In this document: one piece after another, positions 7,776 through 17,494 of the stretch | How the letters are laid out: each line of letters opens with the position of its first letter | Numbering within the stretch: position 1 is the stretch's first letter | Assembly (NCBI GenBank): GCA_029260905.1 | Contig: JAJDCH010000012.1 | Location: 2,249-66,248, forward strand | Origin: Candidatus Levyibacteriota bacterium | GTDB lineage: Bacteria; Patescibacteriota; Microgenomatia; Levybacterales; UBA12049 | Reading direction: 5' to 3' | Length of the DNA: 64,000 nt | Notes under the pieces: generated by a model | Told to the model about the DNA's origin: nothing | Database searches by the model: none | The model's input: the letters and a program-made list of their open reading frames with translations, nothing else | Program-made: the position numbers and the translations under genes

Positions 7776-9011
7776 TCAAGAATAAATGTTAAATAAAGGA
7801 TATATTTCCCACATGCTTACACTATAAAATAAATTGAATAAAACTCCGATTATAATTAGTGTTATTGCGGTTTTGGTGATTTTGCTTCCAAGTGCAGGTA
7901 TAAGAAGGAGAAAAAGAAACGGCAGGAAATCAAGCGCGTATCTATAGCCAAACTGGGCAAAACCAATGCTATACCAGGTAAAAACAGGAATAGCTAAAAC
8001 AAATGCAGCTATTCCAGCTGATAAGCTATATTTGTTTTTCTTAAAATTAGTAAGCAATACTAAAAATAGTGGCGATGTAAACCAAATCGCTATTCCCCAC
8101 GGATCGGCCTTAAGATATGGAAATTTTAACACCATTCCATTATTTTTGTTCTCAAGAAATGGTTCAGGAGATTTTAATAAAAAACTATAAAGATTTGCAG
8201 GAACATGAATAATATTTATTTCACCATATTTAAAATTCTCAGCAATTGGCCCATCATTTTTGGTAATGCTGTAGTGATAGCCTGTCTCAAAATAAGAATT
8301 AAAACGTCTATTGTTATACCCGCCAAGTATCAATAAAGCAATAATAATTGGAATTGCAATTATTACCAATTGTTTAAAAATCAATCTTTTTTTCAAAAAT
8401 TCTATAAAGAAAAATATAGATGCAAGAATAAGTGTCACTCGAGTCATAACAGCAAGACCCAAAAAAAGACCAGTTAAAAAAGCTGGTTTTTTATAAAAAT
8501 ATGCCCAAAGCGATAAAAGCATAAATGGCACTCCAAGCGCCTCAACCTGATATGCGCTGACATTTATAACACTTGAGCTAAACAAGACTGTGGAAAAGAC
8601 AAAGAAAACTGAAAGCCAAAGAGAATCCAACTTGTCAAATTTAAAATGTTTTGCAATTAAAAAAATAGAAGCAAAAGAAACAATTATTGAAAAAACACCA
8701 AGACTTACCTGTGGAACTGATTCACCAAATATAAAAACAAAAGGCATTAAAAGTATAGATGCCAAAGGACCAAAGTAAACATAATAATTATTGTAATAAT
8801 TTGCAACATCTCTGACAGGTACATTAAAAATAGAAAGTGATACTTTCCATTCTGTAAATCTCATTGAAAGCATTACCAAATCTGTATCAAATCCACGTTG
8901 ACCTATTGTGAGATATAAAAATGTAGCGTAAACACAAAGAAGTGCAACAAAAACTAATAAAATTTTCTTTACCATAATTACATCATACAATTTTAATGAT
9001 ATTTTTAACAA
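7776..9011 (-). CDS. Polytopic membrane protein, possibly a GT-C-fold glycosyltransferase (ArnT/PMT-like)
   Basis: About 11 predicted TM helices. AFLTGLFLGLAVMTRVTLILAS resembles the ArnT-family core. Not verified. Confidence 0.4.
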   Translation of the reverse strand: MLKISLKLYDVIMVKKILLVFVALLCVYATFLYLTIGQRGFDTDLVMLSMRFTEWKVSLSIFNVPVRDVANYYNNYYVYFGPLASILLMPFVFIFGESVPQVSLGVFSIIVSFASIFLIAKHFKFDKLDSLWLSVFFVFSTVLFSSSVINVSAYQVEALGVPFMLLSLWAYFYKKPAFLTGLFLGLAVMTRVTLILASIFFFIEFLKKRLIFKQLVIIAIPIIIALLILGGYNNRRFNSYFETGYHYSITKNDGPIAENFKYGEINIIHVPANLYSFLLKSPEPFLENKNNGMVLKFPYLKADPWGIAIWFTSPLFLVLLTNFKKNKYSLSAGIAAFVLAIPVFTWYSIGFAQFGYRYALDFLPFLFLLLIPALGSKITKTAITLIIIGVLFNLFYSVSMWEIYPLFNIYS

Positions 9012-9013
9012 GT

Positions 9014-10900
9014 TTAATAAAGCACACGAAGTTTTATAGTTCCTTTTATCTCAGATAATTTTTTAATAATTTCTTTGTTATAACCTGTATTAACATCAGA
9101 TATTACATATCCTATTTCATTTTTTGTCTTAAGGTATTGTCCCAATATATTAACATTTCCTTTCGCAAGAACTGTATTTATTTTTGAAAGAACACCTGGA
9201 ATATTTTTATGAATATGTATGAGCCTATGTGCATTTGGATAATCTGGGAGTTGAAGTTCAGGAAAGTTAACACTAAGCATCGTGCTTCCGTTATCAATAA
9301 ACTGCATTAATTTTTTACCAACAAACTCTCCTATATTTCTTTGCGCTTCAATTGTTGATCCACCAATATGTGGTGTGAGAATTACATTTGATATTTGCTG
9401 AAGCGGACTAAAAAAAGAATCATTATTCCCCCTTGGCTCTTCCGGAAATACATCAATTGCTGCGCCTGCAATTCTTCCTGACCCTAACACCTGTTCAAGT
9501 GCTGATATATCTACCACATGACCTCTGCTTGCATTAATAAAAAGTGCATTTTTTTTCATTAATGCAAATTCATTCTTGCCTATTAGGTTTGAATTACTTT
9601 TTGCACCATCAACATGAATTGTTACCACATCTGAAATTTTTAAAAGCTCATTAAGACTACTGCATTTTTTTGCATTACCAAGCGTCAATTTTTCCTGAAT
9701 GTCATAAAAAACAACATCCATTCCAAGTGTTTCTGCAACAACAGAAAGTTGTGTTCCTATATTTCCATATCCAACGATACCAAGCGTTTTACCACGGACT
9801 TCATGAGAATTCTTGGCAGACTTATCCCAAATACCTTTGTGAGCATTTAAACTTTTTTCAAAAAGTTGTCTATAAAGAAGAATAATTTCAGCAATTACCA
9901 TCTCTACCACAGACCTTGTATTGGAATATGGCGCATTAAAAACTGCAACGCCCTGATTAAGAGCGACCTGAAGATCAATCTGATTTGTTCCTATACAAAA
10001 CGCGCCAATTGCAAGAAGTTTTTTTGCTTTTTTGAAAACTTTTTCTGTGACATCTGTTTTGGATCTTATTCCAAGAATTGAAACGTCTTCAATTTTTTTT
10101 AAAAGGTCATCCTCACTTAAAGCTGTTTTTAAAAAATCTACTGCGTAGCCTTCATTTCTAAATGTTGCAACTGTTTTTTGTTCAATGTTTTCTAAAAGAA
10201 GAACTTTCATTTTACTTTTTGGGTATGAAAAAGCTCTTGGCATATTTAACATAAATAAAAACTCATCAAAACTTGATATTTTTTCATCTGCGACATCTAT
10301 GACATTTTTTCTCTTGATATTTTCCGTAAAAGCAATAAATTTATATGCAAGTCCTTCTTTTTTTATTTCATAATCCGTGTACCCATCACCTATTATGTAG
10401 GTTGTTCCTTTTAAGTCTAATTTTCTTACGGCTTTTACTTTACCTTTCTCTTTTGATAACAACATTTTCTTATCAAATCCTATTACTTTTTGTTTCTTGT
10501 TATAAATAAATTTATTTGCTAATACATGATTTTTTTTAATACCAAAGTCTTTAAGAATAGGAACAATATATTCTTCAAAACCACCAGATATTACATAAAT
10601 ATTTTTACTGTTTTCTACAAAAAAATGCTTATTTCTGATAATAGATTTTGAGATTTGCTTTTCCAAATTTTTTCTTAGAATTTCAATGTCTTTCATTGTC
10701 GGATTAAAAAGTAAAAGTCTTTTTTGAAGAGAAGTTGGGAAGTCAATTTTCCCTTCCATTCCCTGTTTTGTTATCTTTTTTATATTTGCTACAATTTTTG
10801 ATTTATTTGGGTTATTTTTAAGTACTATTTTTGAAAGCTCATCCAAAGATTCAACTTTTATAAAAGTGCTATCAAAATCAATAATAAAATTAATATTCAT
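9014..10900 (-). CDS. serA: Bifunctional phosphoserine phosphatase (HAD, SerB-like) / D-3-phosphoglycerate dehydrogenase (SerA) with a C-terminal ACT domain
   Basis: HAD motif I IDFDST and motif IV IGDGYTDYE in the N-terminal ~200 aa. NAD-binding GIVGYGNIGTQ and the catalytic region ...TPHIGGST follow. The ACT-like tail is IHIHKNIPGVLSKINTVLA. Confidence 0.75.
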   Translation of the reverse strand: MNINFIIDFDSTFIKVESLDELSKIVLKNNPNKSKIVANIKKITKQGMEGKIDFPTSLQKRLLLFNPTMKDIEILRKNLEKQISKSIIRNKHFFVENSKNIYVISGGFEEYIVPILKDFGIKKNHVLANKFIYNKKQKVIGFDKKMLLSKEKGKVKAVRKLDLKGTTYIIGDGYTDYEIKKEGLAYKFIAFTENIKRKNVIDVADEKISSFDEFLFMLNMPRAFSYPKSKMKVLLLENIEQKTVATFRNEGYAVDFLKTALSEDDLLKKIEDVSILGIRSKTDVTEKVFKKAKKLLAIGAFCIGTNQIDLQVALNQGVAVFNAPYSNTRSVVEMVIAEIILLYRQLFEKSLNAHKGIWDKSAKNSHEVRGKTLGIVGYGNIGTQLSVVAETLGMDVVFYDIQEKLTLGNAKKCSSLNELLKISDVVTIHVDGAKSNSNLIGKNEFALMKKNALFINASRGHVVDISALEQVLGSGRIAGAAIDVFPEEPRGNNDSFFSPLQQISNVILTPHIGGSTIEAQRNIGEFVGKKLMQFIDNGSTMLSVNFPELQLPDYPNAHRLIHIHKNIPGVLSKINTVLAKGNVNILGQYLKTKNEIGYVISDVNTGYNKEIIKKLSEIKGTIKLRVLY

Positions 10901-10902
10901 AT

Positions 10903-12294
10903 TTAATCTAAAAATATTTTACCAGGATTTAAAATTTCTTTTGGATCAAAAAGTTTTTTTATTTTTTTCATAAGAGACAAACTTGTCGGGTATTCTATTG
11001 GAAGATATTTCCTTTTTCCTATTCCTATTCCATGCTCACCGGAAGTTGTTCCACTTATTTTTATAGCATACTTAATCAGCTCTTCATTTAGGCTTATTGC
11101 TTTATCAAAGCTTTTTTTATTATCTTTTTCATAAAGCGCCCAGTCATGAAAATTTCCATCTCCTAGGTGACCGAAAATAATTGTTGGGATTTTGTATTTT
11201 TTTGAAAGAGAATCTGTCTTTTTCAAAAAATTAAAAAGTTTTGATATGGGCAATCCAACTTCAGCTGCGAGTATTGCTTTTGTGGGATAAATTTCTTGAA
11301 GAACTGTTCTTCCAGCTTTTCTATACTTCCAGAGTTTTTTAAGCGACTCCTCAGCAATATAATCTTTTTCAAAAGTAGGATTAAAAACTTGCATTTGTTT
11401 TTTTAAAAAATTCATTTTTTCTAAAACTGTTTTTTCATTTCCATGAAACTGAACAATAAGTGATGGATTTGCAGGAATTGTAAATCCTTTTGCCTTACCG
11501 ATATAACTTATATAGACACTATCCATGAACTCCATCGCGGCTGGTTCAAGATCAGATTTCAAAATATTAAGCGCAGCACTCGTACATAACTTTATATTTT
11601 TAAATGAAATAAGCTTGGCAACTTTTTTATCTGGAACTGATAAAAGCTTAAGAACTGCTTCTGTTATAATACCAAGTGTTCCTTCTGATCCGATAAATAA
11701 TTTTTTTAAATCATAACCTGTCACACTTTTAAATGACCTGCTTCCTGTCTCGATTATTTGCCCATCTGCCATCACAATTTTAAGCTTCAAGACCCAATCA
11801 CCGACTACTCCATAAGCCACAGCATGCATCCCTCCTGCGTTATTGGCAATCATCCCTCCAACAGTTGCTATATTGCTACTACCTGGTGCAGGGGGAAAAA
11901 ATAATTTATATTTTTTTAATTTTTGATTAAGTATGTCTCCAACAATTCCTGGCTGAACGACCACCTGAAAATCTTCTTTATAGATTTTGATGATCTTGTT
12001 CATTCGAGTCATATCAAGAACTATCCCGCCTTTTACAGGAATAGGATTGCCCTCAGTACTTGATCCACCACCCCAAGGAGTAACAAAAATACTGTTTTTA
12101 TTTGCAATCTTCATGACCGCACTTACTTCTTCTGTTTTTTTGGGCCAGATCACAACTTCTGGATTTTTGGCTGGGTGAAATGACCAATCCTTGGAATGAG
12201 CTACCAAATCCTTAGCACTTGTTGAGATATATTTTTTACCAACTATGTTTTCAATTTTTCTTATCAGAAAGGGAGTTAATTTATTCATAAACAA
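10903..12294 (-). CDS. FAD-linked oxidase of the GlcD / D-lactate / D-2-hydroxyacid dehydrogenase family
   Basis: FAD_binding_4 region TPWGGGSSTEGNPIPVKGGIVLDMTRMNKII and a C-terminal FAD-oxidase_C-like region. Confidence 0.75.
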   Translation of the reverse strand: MFMNKLTPFLIRKIENIVGKKYISTSAKDLVAHSKDWSFHPAKNPEVVIWPKKTEEVSAVMKIANKNSIFVTPWGGGSSTEGNPIPVKGGIVLDMTRMNKIIKIYKEDFQVVVQPGIVGDILNQKLKKYKLFFPPAPGSSNIATVGGMIANNAGGMHAVAYGVVGDWVLKLKIVMADGQIIETGSRSFKSVTGYDLKKLFIGSEGTLGIITEAVLKLLSVPDKKVAKLISFKNIKLCTSAALNILKSDLEPAAMEFMDSVYISYIGKAKGFTIPANPSLIVQFHGNEKTVLEKMNFLKKQMQVFNPTFEKDYIAEESLKKLWKYRKAGRTVLQEIYPTKAILAAEVGLPISKLFNFLKKTDSLSKKYKIPTIIFGHLGDGNFHDWALYEKDNKKSFDKAISLNEELIKYAIKISGTTSGEHGIGIGKRKYLPIEYPTSLSLMKKIKKLFDPKEILNPGKIFLD

Positions 12295-12390
12295 AAAAAG
12301 GGGGACAGCGCTAAGTATCTATAATGTTATTATATTGGTAATAAGAAATAAATACAAATCATTAAATATGCTTGTATTATACTATAAGTT

Positions 12391-12978
12391 TTGCTATACT
12401 CTGAAATCATGGTTGAACGCGCAGAAACAAAATCACCAAAAACATTTTTTCAAATCGAAGGAGTTCCACACATAAAACAAAAAAAGGGTCCTTGGTGTGG
12501 ATACACAAGTCTTGCAATGGTATTACAACACCTTGGCCATTCCCAAATAACACCTGATGTTGTTTTTAATCATATTTATCCTGATATCCCTCCAGATCAT
12601 GACTGGAGACATCCTCCGCTCGCACCAAGCATAGATACACTTGCCTTAGTGGCCAAAGAACTAAAACCAGAAGTGGTTTCTCACCTATTTACCAGAAAAA
12701 TATATAAAGCTCTTCAACAAAATAAAGGTCTTTCGCCCTCTGAAACCCTTAGAACGTTTATAAATAAAGGTGTCCCCCCAATCATAAGAACACCAGGACA
12801 TTTTATGGTTGTAACTGGAATGAATCTTACTGATAAAACGTATAGAGTTAACGATCCTGTGTGGAGTCGACCTCGTTGGATTTCAGCAAAGGAACTCGAA
12901 GAAAACTGGTCACGAAGTAGTAGTATTTATACCAGAACAGATAAAAATTTAATGCTTGTAATCCGCCCAGCAAAATAA
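12391..12978 (+). CDS. Papain-fold cysteine peptidase domain protein (peptidase C39-like)
   Basis: Cys motif KKGPWCGYTSLAMVLQHLG and a downstream His in PGHFMVVTGMN. It runs convergent with ftsZ and abuts it directly. Confidence 0.5.
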   Translation: MLYSEIMVERAETKSPKTFFQIEGVPHIKQKKGPWCGYTSLAMVLQHLGHSQITPDVVFNHIYPDIPPDHDWRHPPLAPSIDTLALVAKELKPEVVSHLFTRKIYKALQQNKGLSPSETLRTFINKGVPPIIRTPGHFMVVTGMNLTDKTYRVNDPVWSRPRWISAKELEENWSRSSSIYTRTDKNLMLVIRPAK

Positions 12979-14145
12979 TCAATTTCTCTGTCTGAGGAAT
13001 GCGGGGATGTCCCAGTCGTCTTCTGGCGTGTCTTCCTTTTTATCTTGCGCACCGTTTCCTTGCTGAGGCTGCTGATTATTATTAAAATTTATAGGATCTT
13101 GCTGTTGTTGAGACTGATTCTCAGTCAACATGGATGGAGACTTGACCTCTGGCTCAGGCTGCTCCACCATAAATTGCTGAAGACGTTGTTTGTTTTGATC
13201 AAATCCTGTTGCAACAACAGTGATCCTTATTTGATCACGCATCGTTTCATCAATTGTTGCTCCAAAAATAATGTTAGCATCTGGATCTGCAGCATTTGAA
13301 ATAATCTTTGCTGCCTCATCTACCTCAGTCATAGTCAAATCCTCACCACCAACTATATTAAACAGAACGCCCCTTGCGCCTTCCATTGAGATCTCAAGAA
13401 GTGGCGAAGAAATCGCAGAGCGCGCTGCTGTTTGAGCCCTATTCTCACCAATTCCTGTTCCAATTCCCATCAAAGATGATCCTGCCTCAGACATAATAGT
13501 ACGGACATCAGCAAAGTCAACATTAATAAGTCCTGGAAGTGTGATTATTTCAGAAATTCCTTGCACGCCCTGTGAGAGCACGCTATCTGCTACTCTAAAA
13601 GCATCAACAAGCGATAATTTGCGATCAACTACGTCTAAGATTCTTTGGTTTGGGATAACAATAAGCGTATCAACCTTATCCTTAAGACTTTCTATTCCTT
13701 CTTCAGCTGCGACCATTCTTCTTGTTCCTTCAAAAAGAAAAGGCTTTGTAACAACTGCTATTGTCAATGCGCCGATCTCTTTTGCAATCTCAGCTATTTT
13801 GGCTGTTGCGCCAGTGCCTGTTCCGCCCCCCATACCAGCTGTTAAGAAAACCATATCTGATCCATCAAGAATTTGTTTTATTTTCTCTGCTGATTCTTCA
13901 GCCGCTTGCCTTCCCATCTCAGGATCCCCACCCGATCCAAGACCTTTAGTGATATTCTCACCGATTTGAATTTTGGTATCTGCTTTGTTGAGAAGAAGAG
14001 CTTGTGCATCTGTATTTACTGAAACAAAGTCAACGCCTTGAATGCTGCCATGTGAGATCATGGAGCCAACTGCATTTCCTCCTCCACCACCTATACCGAC
14101 TACTCTTATTTTGGCAAAATTACTTGATTGGGGTCTAATTAACAT
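12979..14145 (-). CDS. ftsZ: Cell division GTPase FtsZ
   Basis: GGGGGNAVG and the tubulin signature GGGTGTG. Q/N-rich C-terminal linker ending in [10 protein letters not shown]. Confidence 0.92.
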   Translation of the reverse strand: MLIRPQSSNFAKIRVVGIGGGGGNAVGSMISHGSIQGVDFVSVNTDAQALLLNKADTKIQIGENITKGLGSGGDPEMGRQAAEESAEKIKQILDGSDMVFLTAGMGGGTGTGATAKIAEIAKEIGALTIAVVTKPFLFEGTRRMVAAEEGIESLKDKVDTLIVIPNQRILDVVDRKLSLVDAFRVADSVLSQGVQGISEIITLPGLINVDFADVRTIMSEAGSSLMGIGTGIGENRAQTAARSAISSPLLEISMEGARGVLFNIVGGEDLTMTEVDEAAKIISNAADPDANIIFGATIDETMRDQIRITVVATGFDQNKQRLQQFMVEQPEPEVKSPSMLTENQSQQQQDPINFNNNQQPQQGNGAQDKKEDTPEDDWDIPAFLRQRN

Positions 14146-14246
14146 ATAGTGTCTATATCAATCAAATCCTACCAGATGTAGATATCAATTGCAAGATAGT
14201 AAATTGAGGCTCTGCTTGATATAATCAGAAAAACTAATGGAAATGT

Positions 14247-14579
14247 TTAGAACTTTGATGGGGTGGTGATGCCAACTTCTTCTTCCAGCACTTCAATTCT
14301 TTTTCTATGATTCTCTAGTCCCACAAATACATCCTGAATTAAATTACCCAAATCTTCTGATTCCTGCATAATAACATTTTCCAATTTTTCTTCTAAGGAA
14401 TTTATCTCTTCAGATATTTTCTTGCCTATCCTTGCTTCTGAAGCTTTAATCTCAGTTGAAATTTTATTGCTCATTCTTGCTTCTGAGGCACTGATCTTTT
14501 TTGAAGTGCTTTCGTCAGATTTATCAAAGAGCTCCTGAAGTTGTTTTACTTGCTGAACACTAAACATCGTATTATCCAA
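14247..14579 (-). CDS. Small coiled-coil protein with an internal repeat (ASEARMSNKISTEI / ASEARIGKKISEEI), inserted between ftsA and ftsZ
   Basis: Heptad-like charged repeats and no TM segment. The ftsA-ftsZ junction it occupies is normally conserved. Confidence 0.5.
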   Translation of the reverse strand: MDNTMFSVQQVKQLQELFDKSDESTSKKISASEARMSNKISTEIKASEARIGKKISEEINSLEEKLENVIMQESEDLGNLIQDVFVGLENHRKRIEVLEEEVGITTPSKF

Positions 14580-14626
14580 TATAAACGCTAGGGGTAAAAA
14601 TTACAAGAGATAAAACCGTATCAATT

Positions 14627-15922
14627 TTAAGGAATGAAGGATTTGATGATATTGAAAGCTTTTTTAAAAATCTTACTTATCCCACCCATTCCTTTTGGAA
14701 TAGGAAGACGAAAACTTGATCCACCACCACTACTATTTCTCGCACCATATTGAATAAGACCAATCGCAGTTGAAAAAGCAGGATGTGAAATCTCATCAAC
14801 AATTCCTTTTAAGTTGCTTGGAACGCCAATCCTAACAGGCATTGCTAAAGTTCGCTTTGCAGATTCCTTAATGCCTGCAGTGAGTGCCCCCCCACCAGTT
14901 AAAACAATTCCAGCTGGTGTTTGTCCTGCAAAACCAGATTTTTTAATCTCCATTCCAATCATTGTACATATTTCATTGAGGCGTGGTTTGATTATCCCTT
15001 CAACCAATGTTTTTTGTGAAACTTTTCTAATCTCCTCTGATAGATTTAGGTGTGTCAGATCAATCTCATCAGATGGTCTTCTCTCTTTTTCTTCCCCATC
15101 CTCTGATTCATCCGGAACTACTATAGTTCTCTTGCTCGGGTCTTGTGAAAGAAAAAGCTTTATTTTTTCCGCTGATTCAAGTGAAATGCGAAGTCCTATT
15201 GCGAGATCATTTGTAACATGACGAGATCCAATTGCCAAAACAGATGAATACGCAACTGATCCTTCTACATAAATAGAAATGTCCGTTGTTCCAGCACCAA
15301 TATCAACCAGTATCACTCCCAACTCTTTTTCAGTATCTGACAAAACTGCAAGAGACGATGCATAACCTGAAAACGCGAAACTATCAACATCAACTCCCAC
15401 CTCAGAAAAGGCTTTGTCCATGTTTCTAATTGATACAGAGTTGGCTGTAATAATATGCGTATCTACTTCAAGACGTGTCCCTGACATACCAGTTGGATCT
15501 TTAATCCCTTCCTGACCATCAACTATATAATTTCTTGGAAGAACATGAACAATATCACGAGTTGATGGGAGAGAGACTGCCTTTGCAGCATCGATAACAC
15601 GTGCTAGATCCTGATTTGATATCTCAGCTTGAGGATTGGAAACAGCAACTACCCCACGAGAATTTTGACATTCGATTTGTGATCCACCAATTGATGCAAA
15701 GACGTGAGATGCAGAATATCCTGCCATTCTTTCTGCAGATTCCAAAGAATTATTAATAACACCAACTGCTTCTTCTATGTCAACAACTTGACCCTTTCTT
15801 ATTCCTTTGGATTTTACCTCTGAAGCACCAAGAATATTTACAATATTCTCAGTTACCTTCGCAATAACTGTTACTGCTTTGTATGTGCCGACATCAATTC
15901 CTACTATAATCTTTCCATCCAT
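14627..15922 (-). CDS. ftsA: Cell division protein FtsA (actin-like ATPase)
   Basis: N-terminal IVGIDVGTYKAVTVIA phosphate-1 motif, DIGAGTTDISI, and its position upstream of ftsZ. Confidence 0.85.
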   Translation of the reverse strand: MDGKIIVGIDVGTYKAVTVIAKVTENIVNILGASEVKSKGIRKGQVVDIEEAVGVINNSLESAERMAGYSASHVFASIGGSQIECQNSRGVVAVSNPQAEISNQDLARVIDAAKAVSLPSTRDIVHVLPRNYIVDGQEGIKDPTGMSGTRLEVDTHIITANSVSIRNMDKAFSEVGVDVDSFAFSGYASSLAVLSDTEKELGVILVDIGAGTTDISIYVEGSVAYSSVLAIGSRHVTNDLAIGLRISLESAEKIKLFLSQDPSKRTIVVPDESEDGEEKERRPSDEIDLTHLNLSEEIRKVSQKTLVEGIIKPRLNEICTMIGMEIKKSGFAGQTPAGIVLTGGGALTAGIKESAKRTLAMPVRIGVPSNLKGIVDEISHPAFSTAIGLIQYGARNSSGGGSSFRLPIPKGMGGISKIFKKAFNIIKSFIP

Positions 15923-15924
15923 AT

Positions 15925-16353
15925 TTATTTTTCTTTTATGACTGGTTTATCAAAACGCAAATCAAGACTCGTAAAGAGCTTACCTTCCATTTTAAGCCTT
16001 GTAAGCATGAATTGTAAAGAGGCGATTTGATCCCTCAGCCTCTTAACACTTGATAAAATAATAATTGATCCATCTTTTAACTCAATTATAAAGGCTTCAT
16101 CCTTTATTGTGACCTCCTTGTAGTCAATTTTTTCCTTTTCCAAAAGAAGCTCTAACTCGTTAATTCCTTGCGTATTATCTGATGATTTAGCTGATAAAAC
16201 ATCAGCAAGCGGACTAATAAAGTAAGTTTTATTATCAAAATTTGAAAAATAAAAAAAACCTGAAATAAAAATCAAAAAAGATCCAAGAAAAATTCCTAGT
16301 GTTTTGAGAAGTTTTTTTAACTTTCTTTTGTTCTTAAGACCTTTTTTCTGCAT
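15925..16353 (-). CDS. Short FtsQ/DivIB-like protein (single TM + POTRA-like region)
   Basis: Basic N-terminus, one TM helix, ~100-aa extracytoplasmic domain, and its position between murG and ftsA. Confidence 0.45.
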   Translation of the reverse strand: MQKKGLKNKRKLKKLLKTLGIFLGSFLIFISGFFYFSNFDNKTYFISPLADVLSAKSSDNTQGINELELLLEKEKIDYKEVTIKDEAFIIELKDGSIIILSSVKRLRDQIASLQFMLTRLKMEGKLFTSLDLRFDKPVIKEK

Positions 16354-17446
16354 ATATAATATCTATTATTTTATCAGCAGCATCTTTACTTACAAGTGCT
16401 TTAGCTTTTTCAGCACTTTCTTGATAAACATTTAGGCTTTTGAGCATTTGCTTTATTTTTTTAAAAAGCTTTAGCGGTGTGATGTCTTTTTGCTCTATCA
16501 CTTCAGCAATGCCTGTTTTTTGAACAAACTCCGCATTGGTAAGCTGTTCGTTTTTTTGTCCATATGGAAGCGGGATAAAAAGAGAAGTTTTTCCGAGCGA
16601 CAAGATCTCACTAACAATATTTATACCAGATCTTGAAACAACTAAATCTGCATAATTTAAATAATTTAAAATCTCATCAGGATCAGCAAATTTCAAAATT
16701 TTATATCTATCCCGCAAATCATCTTTTAAATTCTTCTTTAACTCTGAAAGTCTTTCAAAATCTTTATATTTCCTGGCGTCTCCTGTTTGATGAATTACAT
16801 TGTAATTTTGTAGCAAATCATTCAGACATCCCTCAATCAGAAGATTCAGATCATGCGCTCCGGCACTTCCACCAGTAACAAAAACTACAGGTAAATGACT
16901 GTTTGCCGTTTGCCATTTTCCTTTTTTTATTTGCTTGCTACGTATCGGATTTCCGGTTAAAACTGTTTTTTCTTTGGAAAAAAATCTGGCTGATTGCTCC
17001 CATGAAATAAGAATCTTGCTTGCAAACCGTGAAGTTTCTTTACTTGTAATTCCAGCACCTAGTGTTTGTTCGTGAACAACAATTGGAATTCCTCGAAAAT
17101 AGCCAGCAGCACAAATCGGATAAGCGACATAACCGCCAAAGGAAAGAACCACATCTGGCTTAAAACTTGAAATAATTTTAACTGCTTGAAAAAATCCAAA
17201 AGGAATTTTTATAAAAGACCTCATTGCTTCAAAACTAATCTTTCTCTGGATTCTTCCTGTTGCAAGCGGCTTAAAATTAATACCAAGCTTTTTGGAAGTA
17301 ATATATTCAAAAGAAAGAGTCTTATCTGCTTCAAACGCATATTTTCGTCCTACCACCAAAAAATCAGCATCTTTGGGAAGTTTTTCAATAACTGAAAAAG
17401 CTGCAGCAAAATGCCCTCCACCTCCTGCAACAATAAGTACTCTCAT
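16334..17446 (-). CDS. murG: Undecaprenyl-PP-MurNAc-pentapeptide UDP-GlcNAc transferase MurG
   Basis: N-terminal VLIVAGGGGHFAAAFSV (G-rich loop), a GT28 C-terminal domain, and dcw context. Confidence 0.85.
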   Translation of the reverse strand: MRVLIVAGGGGHFAAAFSVIEKLPKDADFLVVGRKYAFEADKTLSFEYITSKKLGINFKPLATGRIQRKISFEAMRSFIKIPFGFFQAVKIISSFKPDVVLSFGGYVAYPICAAGYFRGIPIVVHEQTLGAGITSKETSRFASKILISWEQSARFFSKEKTVLTGNPIRSKQIKKGKWQTANSHLPVVFVTGGSAGAHDLNLLIEGCLNDLLQNYNVIHQTGDARKYKDFERLSELKKNLKDDLRDRYKILKFADPDEILNYLNYADLVVSRSGINIVSEILSLGKTSLFIPLPYGQKNEQLTNAEFVQKTGIAEVIEQKDITPLKLFKKIKQMLKSLNVYQESAEKAKALVSKDAADKIIDIIYAEKRS

Positions 17447-17494
17447 ATTTTTGATTATAGCATCAAAAATGATAATTTCAGCTAATACCTGTAA

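Noticed and set aside
13000-13140. Q/N-rich low-complexity tail of FtsZ
   Set aside because: This is the normal disordered C-terminal linker of FtsZ, followed by the conserved FtsA/ZipA-binding peptide (DIPAFLR). It is not a separate feature.
13541-15221. Plus-strand ORFs 13541-13969, 13645-13845, 13761-13949 and 14814-15221
   Set aside because: They are antisense to ftsZ and ftsA, which have unmistakable signatures. They are A/S/P-rich translations of the opposite strand.
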